The notes beneath the pieces are model-generated. The model made no database searches. It had not been told where the DNA came from and worked only from the letters and a program-made list of their open reading frames with translations. Position numbers and translations under genes: made by a program. A stretch of DNA of 64,000 nucleotides. It comes from Candidatus Heimdallarchaeota archaeon. Its GTDB lineage: Archaea > Asgardarchaeota > Heimdallarchaeia > JABLTI01. Positions 40,995 through 49,565 of this stretch are shown here, piece after piece (position 1 is the first letter of the stretch; every line of letters starts with the position of its first letter). Where the stretch lies: assembly GCA_018238155.1 (NCBI GenBank), contig JABCTZ010000037.1, positions 69,256-133,255 on the forward strand, written 5' to 3'.

Positions 40995-41414
40995 TTATTT
41001 GTATTCGTCTTCATTTTTCTGAAGATGTTTTGGTGGAAAAATGAACATTTTTGTTATAAAACTTATTATCCAAAATAACATTGACATACCAATTATTAGT
41101 GAGATAATCCACCAATGTACATTGGCAAAGTAAAAGATTAACAGCGAAAAAACGCCCCCAGAAATAACCGTTACTAAAATTTCAAGTGTATTTAAACCTA
41201 TAAAATAGGTGGAAAACCAACCAACTATTAACCAAATAATAAGAGCACCAAAAACGAGATTATCATTCATTGAGGAAATTACTGTAGGTATTATAGCAAT
41301 TCCCGTACATATTCCACCTTCAATTAACCCAATACCACATGCTTTTGCAGCAGCAACAAAACGTTTCTTTCGAGTGTTTTCTTTTTCATTCGATGAATTG
41401 AGATTCATATTCAA
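40995..41414 (-). CDS. small 4-TM membrane protein
   Basis: Four hydrophobic segments. Confidence 0.7.
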   Translation of the reverse strand: MNMNLNSSNEKENTRKKRFVAAAKACGIGLIEGGICTGIAIIPTVISSMNDNLVFGALIIWLIVGWFSTYFIGLNTLEILVTVISGGVFSLLIFYFANVHWWIISLIIGMSMLFWIISFITKMFIFPPKHLQKNEDEYK

Positions 41415-41604
41415 GTATTTGTGTTTCTTAGTTAAAATCGTTTTTATTGTTAATCTTAGTCAAATATAAAGCGATAATTTTCAATTCTCTTCACAGCAAT
41501 AATCTAAAATGTCCCAAAGCCTAAAATAGTTTAAATAGATATATATCGAAACAATTAACGTATTGTTAGTTAAAGAATTAGTAACTAGTACCAGGTGGAA
41601 CTAT

Positions 41605-43488
41605 ATGCTACCGATTTTGAAAACCTTGGAATTCTCTAAAATTATTCCCTTAAGTGAAAGATCTGTTGAAAAAATTATTTTTAAAGATGGAATCAACAAA
41701 TTCCTAGCTGAAAACGGGTCGGGTAAAACTACTCTAACGGATTTAATTGAACACTCTCTTGTAAGAGATGCTCATGCTTTTGCTTGGAATGTTTTTTCGA
41801 AAAAAAGAGTGGATCGTACTGCTTATGTTAAATCTGAATGGGTTTTTGGTTCAGAAAAGAATTCTATCACCCATGAGTTAACTGATGCGGGTGCTAGGAC
41901 ACGTGTAACTTCCTCCAAATTTTCAAATAAAGCACATACAAAAGATATGTATTCAGATTTCATTTATTCAAAAACAAACTTATCTTTGGAACAAATACAG
42001 AAACTATTCGAAGGGGTCTATTATAAACGAGAGAATGATTTGAATCTTTTAGGAACCCCTGGTAAAGAGAGTTTGATGGATTTCTTTGAGCTTTTGAATA
42101 AAGCAATTAGAATGGATACTCCAACAACAATTAAGCTTCGCAATCAAATTGGTGAAATTAAACGTCAAATCGATTTAAGGAAAAATAACAAACGCAAAAT
42201 TGAAGCTACTCTTGAAAAGATGGAAATAATTTTTGCTGGAACTGATTCTTCAGCTGATGCTTTAGATAATATTGGCTCCAGAAAAGGTGATTTAGAACGT
42301 AGCAATAATCAATTAAAAAAAGAAGGTGATAATTCACGTTTAGCATTTTCAAATATTGAAGAAGAGGATAAAGAAATTCTTAACAAGTTAGACAGTGATC
42401 AAGAAGTATTACTTAAAATTAGAACTCAGCTTGATTCCTTGAAATCCAATAGGTTTGCTTTTCAAGCAGATCTAAATAATCTCAAAAACGAACTTGATGG
42501 TTTCAAAAAGTTAGGCAATGTTGATTATTCTTCCATCAAAGAAGCTTGGGAAAAGAAAGAAAATTGTGAACTTTGCGGAAGCTCAATTTTCAACCATTGG
42601 GAAGAACGAGTCAAGGAAGGTTGTCCTTCTTGTGGAACACTTTGGAAAAATATCCCTAAAACCATTCAAGAATTAATTTCTAATGGGCGAAAAAATAACG
42701 GTAAAGAAACACGTGATATTCAAACAGAAATTGAGAAAATTGAACTGGAACTCAGAACAACTCAAGAAGATATTGAGAGATTGGAGAAAGATGAGAAAAC
42801 AAATAATGTATCAGTGAAGAATTTAAGGGAGAAATTGGCTACTAATAATTCTAGAAGAAGAAAACTTCAATCGCAAAATGATGTAATTACTCAGAAAATA
42901 CATAGAATTGGTGTTGAACTTGGTAGTTTATCTGCTCAAGAAAAAATGGTTAATCAAGATGAAAGCATCGGTTTGCTGAAAGTAAATCTTGAAAAAATCA
43001 ATACAGAATTAGAGAATTATTATACTCAATTGGATCGATATGAACATGAACTTCCTGAACAAGAAGAATTACAACAAATTCTCAACAATTTTACTCGTTC
43101 CACGAAAGAAATTTTTGGTTATAGTATGTTAGCTGATACAGATACGAGAATTATAACAATATCGAAAGATGATTCTGAAAGAGATTTCGAGGCTATGTCA
43201 TGGTCTGAAAGGTATTTCATCGATGTTGTCTTTAGAATATCTGTTTTCAATTTCCTAATAGAAAACGGTATAATGAAGAAAGGGTTCCTTGTTCTTGATT
43301 CTCCGGAAGCTGCTCTTGATCCACATAGATTAGATTTACTCGCGAATTTGATCAATAAACACAAAAATAAAATCACTTTCACAATTGCAACACGAGTAAG
43401 CAAATTCTTTAACCAATTAGAAGGAAATCCATTGGAAATCCGAAAACAAACTCAAACAAGTTTATTCGATTTCATTAGTATGAGTTAA
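41605..43488 (+). CDS. SMC/Rad50-superfamily ABC ATPase with central Cys motifs and C-terminal PIP box
   Basis: Walker A AENGSGKTT, coiled coils, CELC...CPSC, signature MSWSE, Walker B/D-loop LVLDSPEAALD, terminal QTSLFDFI. Confidence 0.85.
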   Translation: MLPILKTLEFSKIIPLSERSVEKIIFKDGINKFLAENGSGKTTLTDLIEHSLVRDAHAFAWNVFSKKRVDRTAYVKSEWVFGSEKNSITHELTDAGARTRVTSSKFSNKAHTKDMYSDFIYSKTNLSLEQIQKLFEGVYYKRENDLNLLGTPGKESLMDFFELLNKAIRMDTPTTIKLRNQIGEIKRQIDLRKNNKRKIEATLEKMEIIFAGTDSSADALDNIGSRKGDLERSNNQLKKEGDNSRLAFSNIEEEDKEILNKLDSDQEVLLKIRTQLDSLKSNRFAFQADLNNLKNELDGFKKLGNVDYSSIKEAWEKKENCELCGSSIFNHWEERVKEGCPSCGTLWKNIPKTIQELISNGRKNNGKETRDIQTEIEKIELELRTTQEDIERLEKDEKTNNVSVKNLREKLATNNSRRRKLQSQNDVITQKIHRIGVELGSLSAQEKMVNQDESIGLLKVNLEKINTELENYYTQLDRYEHELPEQEELQQILNNFTRSTKEIFGYSMLADTDTRIITISKDDSERDFEAMSWSERYFIDVVFRISVFNFLIENGIMKKGFLVLDSPEAALDPHRLDLLANLINKHKNKITFTIATRVSKFFNQLEGNPLEIRKQTQTSLFDFISMS

Positions 43489-43545
43489 GATAACTATTTC
43501 AAGTAGTTTTGAAATGGTTGTTCTGTAGAAAGGAACGGTTTTCGA

Positions 43546-44895
43546 ATGAAAGTTACAATGAAAAAGGAAATTGAACGATATCGCGCAAAGCATAAGAAAT
43601 CTATGATTCTTTGGAAAAAAGCAAGACAACAATTTCCTGCAGGAGTTTCCCACAATATTCGAGATTTTCATATGAGTCATTTTGATTTAAGTCCACCTTT
43701 TATCAAAAAATCATATGATACTAAACTAGTAGACGTTGATGATAATATCTATACGGATTTTTGGATTGCTCATGGTGGGGCAATCTTAGGTCATGCACAT
43801 CCTGCAATAATAAAAGCTATAGAAAACCAACTACCTAATGGCAACCAATATGGAATGGTAAATGAAATTGCATTAGAATTAGCAGATAGAATCATTGAAG
43901 CTACACCTAGTGTGCAAGAGCTAAGATTTTGTTCTACAGGGACAGAAGCAACCATGTATGCTTCCCGCCTAGCTAGAGCATATTCTGGAAAGAAGAAAAT
44001 TGCTAAAGTTATTGGAGGATGGCATGGTGGGAATGATACTCTTTTCTATTTTGTTCAAGAAGTAAAACATGGTATTGAATCAAAGGGTATCCGAAATCAG
44101 ACCCAAGCTGGAATCCTAAGTTTTGATTATAATGATACTCAAGGAGCAATCCAAATTATACGAGAAAACAAGGAAGATTTAGCTGCTGTTGTTATGGAAC
44201 CAGTTTTAGGTGCTGGTGGGGCAATCCCTCCAAATGAAGGGTTCTTAGAAGCTATTCGTGAAGAAACTGAAAAAAATGATATTCTATTAATTTATGATGA
44301 AATCATCACCGGATTTAGATTATCTTACAAATCTGCGCAAGGGTATTTTGGTGTTACGCCAGATATAACAACCATGGGAAAAATTGTTGGTGGAGGAGCT
44401 CCAATTGGTATTGTTGGAGGACGAGAAGATATTCTTGAGCAAGCCAATTTACAAGAAGGTGGTGAAGTTTGGATTGGAGGTGGAACATTTTCAGGAAATC
44501 CCGTAAGCATGGCTGCCGGAATTGCCACTCTAGATACTTTGAAACAAGGTGGAGAAAAGCTTTATTCTGATTTAGATACTATGGGAAACAAACTTCGATC
44601 TAAAATTCGAGAGATAGTCGAGCAGAATAATCTACCAGCTTTTGTTACAGGAGTAGGATCAATGATTAGTATTCATTGGTTTAAGGAAAAACAAGAGAAG
44701 ATTGAGAACAGCACAGCAATCAAAGTTTTTCTTGACAAAGAAAAAGTTGCTAATTATCAATTACTGATGCTCAATAGAGATGTTCTTACTCGAGGTGGTT
44801 TAGGCTATTTATCAGTAAAACATACGGAATTAGATATCAAAAAAGCTTTAAAAGCTATCAATGAAGCTACTAAAATCATTGGAAATGATAAATAA
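43546..44895 (+). CDS. class III aminotransferase, glutamate-1-semialdehyde aminomutase-like
   Basis: FCSTGTEATMYASRLAR, LIYDEIITGFR, PDITTMGKIVGGG, GGTFSGNP. Confidence 0.88.
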   Translation: MKVTMKKEIERYRAKHKKSMILWKKARQQFPAGVSHNIRDFHMSHFDLSPPFIKKSYDTKLVDVDDNIYTDFWIAHGGAILGHAHPAIIKAIENQLPNGNQYGMVNEIALELADRIIEATPSVQELRFCSTGTEATMYASRLARAYSGKKKIAKVIGGWHGGNDTLFYFVQEVKHGIESKGIRNQTQAGILSFDYNDTQGAIQIIRENKEDLAAVVMEPVLGAGGAIPPNEGFLEAIREETEKNDILLIYDEIITGFRLSYKSAQGYFGVTPDITTMGKIVGGGAPIGIVGGREDILEQANLQEGGEVWIGGGTFSGNPVSMAAGIATLDTLKQGGEKLYSDLDTMGNKLRSKIREIVEQNNLPAFVTGVGSMISIHWFKEKQEKIENSTAIKVFLDKEKVANYQLLMLNRDVLTRGGLGYLSVKHTELDIKKALKAINEATKIIGNDK

Positions 44896-44986
44896 AATAT
44901 CGTTATCATCCCAATACTTTAAAAATAAAAGTTATGCAAACTAGTTTAGAAGGATTTTTTTGTACAGAGAAGCGAAGTGTAAAGCT

Positions 44987-45574
44987 ATGAGTGATGACGA
45001 AGAAATAAAGATAAAAAATCTCTTGAGAGGAATCAAATCAATCTTAAAGAGAAGAAAATACAAAATTGCCTCCGAAGAACGTTTTGAAAATTATATTGAT
45101 ATTCAATGTGAATTAGATTCAGATAGTACTCAAGAAATTCTTACTAGAATTTCCTTAGAGGATAAAGTTGGAGTAGCAGTTTTGCGCGAATATGTTAAAA
45201 AATTAGAAGAGGTTGAGCTAGAGAAAGGAGAAGAAAATATTAAAGGATTGTTAGTCGCTTCCAATCGATTCACTCATTATGCTCGGCGCGAAGCAAAGGA
45301 AAAGAAGATTTGGATAATTACTAGCAAAGATCCGAGATTCGACATCTTTACTCATGAACTCGTACCAGAGCATGTAATTTGTCCAGATGAAGAATTAAAA
45401 GATCTATTACTCAAATATAATATTCAAAGAAGGCAATTACCTAAAATTCTCATTAGCGATCCAGCAGTCAAAGCTATTGGTGCTAAACCAGGGCAAGTTG
45501 TTAAAATTTACCGAGAAAGTGCCATTGCCAGCGAATCTATCGCTTATCGGCTTGTTGTAAGTAGAGCAAATTAG
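44987..45574 (+). CDS. rpoH: RNA polymerase subunit Rpo5/RpoH with RPB5-like N-terminal domain
   Basis: C-terminal HELVPEH...QLPKILISDP...GQVVKIYRES...YRLV, plus about 115 extra N-terminal residues. Confidence 0.92.
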   Translation: MSDDEEIKIKNLLRGIKSILKRRKYKIASEERFENYIDIQCELDSDSTQEILTRISLEDKVGVAVLREYVKKLEEVELEKGEENIKGLLVASNRFTHYARREAKEKKIWIITSKDPRFDIFTHELVPEHVICPDEELKDLLLKYNIQRRQLPKILISDPAVKAIGAKPGQVVKIYRESAIASESIAYRLVVSRAN

Positions 45575-45871
45575 TTATGCTCTTCTTCAACCTTTCAAGC
45601 TCTCTTTTCTTTATTTTACCAGTTTCAATATTTCTTGATGTTTTTTACATCAATTATCCAAAAAGATTTAAACAATAACTTTACCAGTTTTTACTTGAAA
45701 GTAAAAATGGTTTCAATTTAGATATTAGATTAGTGTAGTGAAGAATTGATTTGAATAGCTAAAATCTTTCAAAGAGGCATTAAAAAATATCTTGAATGTG
45801 TTTGGACTTAGTTTAAATAGTACATTAGCAATTGAAACTTAATAACTGGTTTACTAAACGAGGAAAATATT

Positions 45872-46051
45872 ATGCCAACAAAAATTGACTTATCAAAATG
45901 CTCGAAATGTGGTACATGTATAGAAGTCTGTCCTGAAGAGGTTTATGACGAAGCAGATGATGGTGCACCAATTAACGCTCGTAAAGACAACTGCACTGAT
46001 TGTGGTATCTGTGTTGAAGAGTGTCCAGAAGTATGCATTGAATTAGTCTAA
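45872..46051 (+). CDS. 2x[4Fe-4S] ferredoxin (59 aa, below the ORF-track cutoff)
   Basis: MPTKIDLSKCSKCGTCIEVCP...NCTDCGICVEECPEVCIELV*. GAGG upstream. Confidence 0.93.
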   Translation: MPTKIDLSKCSKCGTCIEVCPEEVYDEADDGAPINARKDNCTDCGICVEECPEVCIELV

Positions 46052-46213
46052 GCTCTTCAGAATAGATTACTTTATTTACTAAAATTTTCTTTTTATTATT
46101 TTATTTTTCTCATTTTTTTAAGAATCTAATTATTAATAGAATGTGCAACAACCAAAAGCTTATGAAATATCTCAACACAGTTATGACATCCTTTGACAAT
46201 GGGTTGAAATTAG

Positions 46214-47122
46214 ATGGTAAATGAGTCACCTTTCTCCAGTAGAAATACTATTAAACTTTCAAATAACGCTCTTAAAGAATTACTTAGTCCTATATCAGAG
46301 AAAGAACTAATCAATAAAATTGCTAACATCAAGGGTTGGAAAACAAAGCGAGTACCATTTACAGCTAAGCAATCAAAAAGAGAGTATTTCTTAATGCACC
46401 TTGGTGCAAATATTTCTTTGGCAAATTTCCGCGAATTCCGTATTATTCGAGAACATTTTCAAATTTCGAAAATTAAGTGGAATGCATTCAGTTGGGATAA
46501 AAGTATAACACGATATTTTCCTGACAAACTAGAAAAGAAAATCGAAAATGTAATTCAAAATTTGACTGCAATGGTAAACTTAGACATTATATTAGTAGAT
46601 GAAGAGACAAAAACGATTTTTCTTTTATTGGAACAATGGCAAAATCAAATTGTATCAGACACCTTTCTATCAAGAGTTGAAACGAATATCCCAAAATATT
46701 TCCGTGCATATATGTGCTTGTCGAAAAAAATGCTCCTAGTTGAAAATAAATCAGAAAAAGCTACAAATGAGTTTGTTAAGATTATCGAACAAGCATTTAA
46801 TCTTACTATAGATAAGATTCGAATTAATGCAATGATTATTCGAGAGTTTGTTAAAAACAATCCTGAAAACTTAACACGATTGATTATTCGTGTTCCTCAA
46901 GAAGTAGCAGGTTTCGGAGGTTTATCTGAATTGACACTGCAAGGTTCGGATGTCATTATAGGCTCAAAGGGGTTAATGGATCGTCATGAAACCTCACCGA
47001 TAAATGTTGGACCTTGGACAGGAGTCTCAAATGCCAATATTAGCCTTGATGTAGGGAAACCCTTGAGAGCTTCCACTGTTAAGGATGCACTTCAACTTTT
47101 TGATCTTTTGAAAGAAATGTAG
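46214..47122 (+). CDS. hypothetical protein resembling kinetochore CENP-N/Chl4 (TBP-like/RdgC-like fold)
   Basis: The 302-aa ORF is clear. The family call rests on a by-eye alignment to recalled CENP-N (see findings). Confidence 0.55.
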   Translation: MVNESPFSSRNTIKLSNNALKELLSPISEKELINKIANIKGWKTKRVPFTAKQSKREYFLMHLGANISLANFREFRIIREHFQISKIKWNAFSWDKSITRYFPDKLEKKIENVIQNLTAMVNLDIILVDEETKTIFLLLEQWQNQIVSDTFLSRVETNIPKYFRAYMCLSKKMLLVENKSEKATNEFVKIIEQAFNLTIDKIRINAMIIREFVKNNPENLTRLIIRVPQEVAGFGGLSELTLQGSDVIIGSKGLMDRHETSPINVGPWTGVSNANISLDVGKPLRASTVKDALQLFDLLKEM

Positions 47123-47288
47123 AGGAAGTATTTTGTCAAAATAGAAACTTTTTTTAGTATAGTGGGAATAATTGCATCAAAAGTAGTATTATTATTTAGT
47201 AGCTACAACTTAATATATAGATAGAAAATATTTAACTATAGATAGAAACTAATCTAAAATATCTTAGTATTTAAGGTGGCAAATTAAA

Positions 47289-48068
47289 TTGAGCAACAAT
47301 CTAGATAATTTATTAAGTGATATTTATTCTTCAGAAAGTCAAAGTCAAGGCGTAAAAGAACTAGCGGTTTTAATTAATAATCTTTCAAATTTACTTCTTA
47401 AGTCGATTAGCCAATTGGAAAGCCGAGTGCTTAAACTTGAACAAAGTTCAGGAGGAGGAGTTAGTAGTCCTTTAGCTCCAGCAACAACTCCTGCACCCAA
47501 ACCAAAATCAGCATCTCCATTTAAACCGACAACTCCAGCATTGAGAACTCCACCGCCCCCTCCTAAACAAAGAGCTTCACCGGTAGCAACTCCAAGAGCT
47601 CAACCTACGGCTTCTGCAAGTGGAGCAGGACCAAGTTCAGCAGCACAAGCTGCTTCTATGCTAGGTGCAACACTTAAACCAGCACCAACGAAAACTCCAG
47701 CTGCAAGTGGAGCAGGACCTTCATTCTTAACAGGAGTTGTAAATCCAAATACAAGCCAAGCTTCACCAAGTACTGTTTCAACAACAGGAGCTACAATAGA
47801 TGCTTCAGCGCCAGTAAGTGCGGGAGGAGTTACTATAGATGCTTCAGCACCTGTAAGTGCAGGAGGAGGTATCGCTGGTCCCCGAGGAGGATTCAAAGGA
47901 GAATTAGCTGAAAAACTCGCAAGGAGAAGGGCAAAAGTTCAACAACAACTTGATGATGATTTTGATGCACCAGAAGAAGTGGAAGCTGAAGAAGAGGGTC
48001 CAAGTAGTGAACTTAAAACAGATTTGGAAGATGAACTTAGAAATGCATTTTCAAAACTACAAGGTTAA
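47289..48068 (+). CDS. proline-rich protein with WH2/GAB-like and VASP FAB-like motifs (candidate actin regulator)
   Basis: N-terminal coiled coil, PPPPP, AASMLGATLKPA, GGFKGELAEKLARRRAK, acidic tract, C-terminal amphipathic helix. Confidence 0.6.
   Translation: MSNNLDNLLSDIYSSESQSQGVKELAVLINNLSNLLLKSISQLESRVLKLEQSSGGGVSSPLAPATTPAPKPKSASPFKPTTPALRTPPPPPKQRASPVATPRAQPTASASGAGPSSAAQAASMLGATLKPAPTKTPAASGAGPSFLTGVVNPNTSQASPSTVSTTGATIDASAPVSAGGVTIDASAPVSAGGGIAGPRGGFKGELAEKLARRRAKVQQQLDDDFDAPEEVEAEEEGPSSELKTDLEDELRNAFSKLQG
47793..47867 (+). repeat. 39-nt tandem repeat encoding TIDASAPVSAGG x2
   Basis: acaatagatgcttcagcgccagtaagtgcgggagga / actatagatgcttcagcacctgtaagtgcaggagga. Differences are synonymous. 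Confidence 0.85.
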
Positions 48069-48077
48069 AGATCTCTT

Positions 48078-48809
48078 ATGCAGAAAAAAAAAGTTATTTG
48101 TTTGATTAGCGATGGGTTAGATTCACCTGTCGCAACTTTTCTTCTTGAACAAAAAGGATTACATGTAATAGGTATTCATTTTAATAACAAACCTTTTGTG
48201 GGAAAATCAAAATATCATAAAAACAAAGCTAAACCTTCAGAAGATCCTATACCTAGTAAGATACTTTTTTCTCAACAAATAGAACCAATTGCATATAAAT
48301 TAGTACATGCTTTTCAAAGTCAAAAATCATTCGAACTTTATATAGTACCACATGGTGAAGATTTAGGTGAAATAATCAAGAATTCTGGAGATGAAAAAAT
48401 AACTTGTATTCTCTGTAAACGATTGATGTTAAAAAAAGCCGAATACTTCGCCAATCAGGTGGGAGCTACTTTGATTGCTACAGGGGATATTTTGGGGGAA
48501 CAGGCAAGTCAAACTATTGATACTCTAAAACTTATCGAGAGTTCTCTTTCAAGTACAAGACTAATTCGACCAAATATTGGTCTAAATAAAGAGGAAGTGA
48601 TAGCCATTTCTAGGAAGATAGGAACATATCAACATTCAGAATTAGCAGCTAAGTTCACTTGCACAGCGGTTCCAACAAAACCCTCAACAAGAGCAGCTGA
48701 GGAAAGAATTGAATTAGCTGAAGCAAAACTTAATTTTGATGAAATGATCGTGAAAAGCTGGGCAAAAGCAGTAACTATAACTATTTCTGAATTTAATGAT
48801 AAAAATTAA
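48078..48809 (+). CDS. thiI: ThiI-like tRNA sulfurtransferase catalytic domain (no THUMP)
   Basis: PP-loop LISDGLDSPVA, CILCKRLM, TGDILGEQASQT, RPNIGLNKEEVI, CTAVP. Confidence 0.8.
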   Translation: MQKKKVICLISDGLDSPVATFLLEQKGLHVIGIHFNNKPFVGKSKYHKNKAKPSEDPIPSKILFSQQIEPIAYKLVHAFQSQKSFELYIVPHGEDLGEIIKNSGDEKITCILCKRLMLKKAEYFANQVGATLIATGDILGEQASQTIDTLKLIESSLSSTRLIRPNIGLNKEEVIAISRKIGTYQHSELAAKFTCTAVPTKPSTRAAEERIELAEAKLNFDEMIVKSWAKAVTITISEFNDKN

Positions 48810-49038
48810 TCATCAAAAAGATTTTTCTAGTGCCCTAAACAAAAAAACATTTTAATAGATATTAAATCTGTAATATAACGAGAATGATATCTTTACTAAA
48901 GTTAAAATACTAGCAAAGAATTCAAGTTAATAAATTGAAACTTTCATCTAATAATACCAACCAAAACATTGGTATATAGAGAAAGTCTTTTGAATGAGTA
49001 TAAGAATGAATGGTAAAATAAAAAAGGATGATGATTAA

Positions 49039-49452
49039 TTGAAAGGAATTATTACAGCTTCCAAACTTGTCTCATCTCCAAAGGAGATAGCTTTTCCAGA
49101 TTCCGTTATGACTAACCTTGAAGAATTAAGCGGAGAAAGTGGAAAGATTTTGATTGTTTATGCTTCAAACGTAAAGGCAATTTATTTCTTTTCTGTGGAA
49201 TCGGAAGTAATTAAAATTGGCATCAAGATTTATCCATTAACATCTAGAATTGTTGCAAAGATAATGGCTAAAATCAACGAATTCGCAAATAAGATAACTT
49301 ATTCAACAGGTCTCTGTCTTGTAGATGATGTCTGTGTCTGGGAAGGATTTCTTGAAACCCGTCATCTTACTAGATCTAAAGAAGAAGTTAAGAACCTTCT
49401 AAAAGAAATTGAAGAAGTTCAAGATGTTGCAATCGAAGAAGTACCTCATTAG
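49039..49452 (+). CDS. divergent AbrB-ACT-like protein
   Basis: Paralog of 54916-55356, sharing YSTGLC-x4-C-x-[WF][ED]GF. Confidence 0.65.
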   Translation: MKGIITASKLVSSPKEIAFPDSVMTNLEELSGESGKILIVYASNVKAIYFFSVESEVIKIGIKIYPLTSRIVAKIMAKINEFANKITYSTGLCLVDDVCVWEGFLETRHLTRSKEEVKNLLKEIEEVQDVAIEEVPH

Positions 49453-49565
49453 AGGTCTTTTCTTTTACTTTTCAAATAACCTATATTCTTTATTTCAATA
49501 ATTATTTCCACCATTTCTAGGTAAAATCATTTTAAATAGAATCTTATTAATATTTCAAAGGATAA

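Noticed and set aside
41605-43488. Rad50 or a complete Lamassu/Wadjet system
   Set aside because: No mre11/nurA/herA or effector/kleisin genes are adjacent, and the signature and Walker B differ from Rad50.
48954-48975. ATACCAA-8-TTGGTAT inverted repeat upstream of 49039
   Set aside because: Short, and not seen upstream of the paralog. Could be chance.
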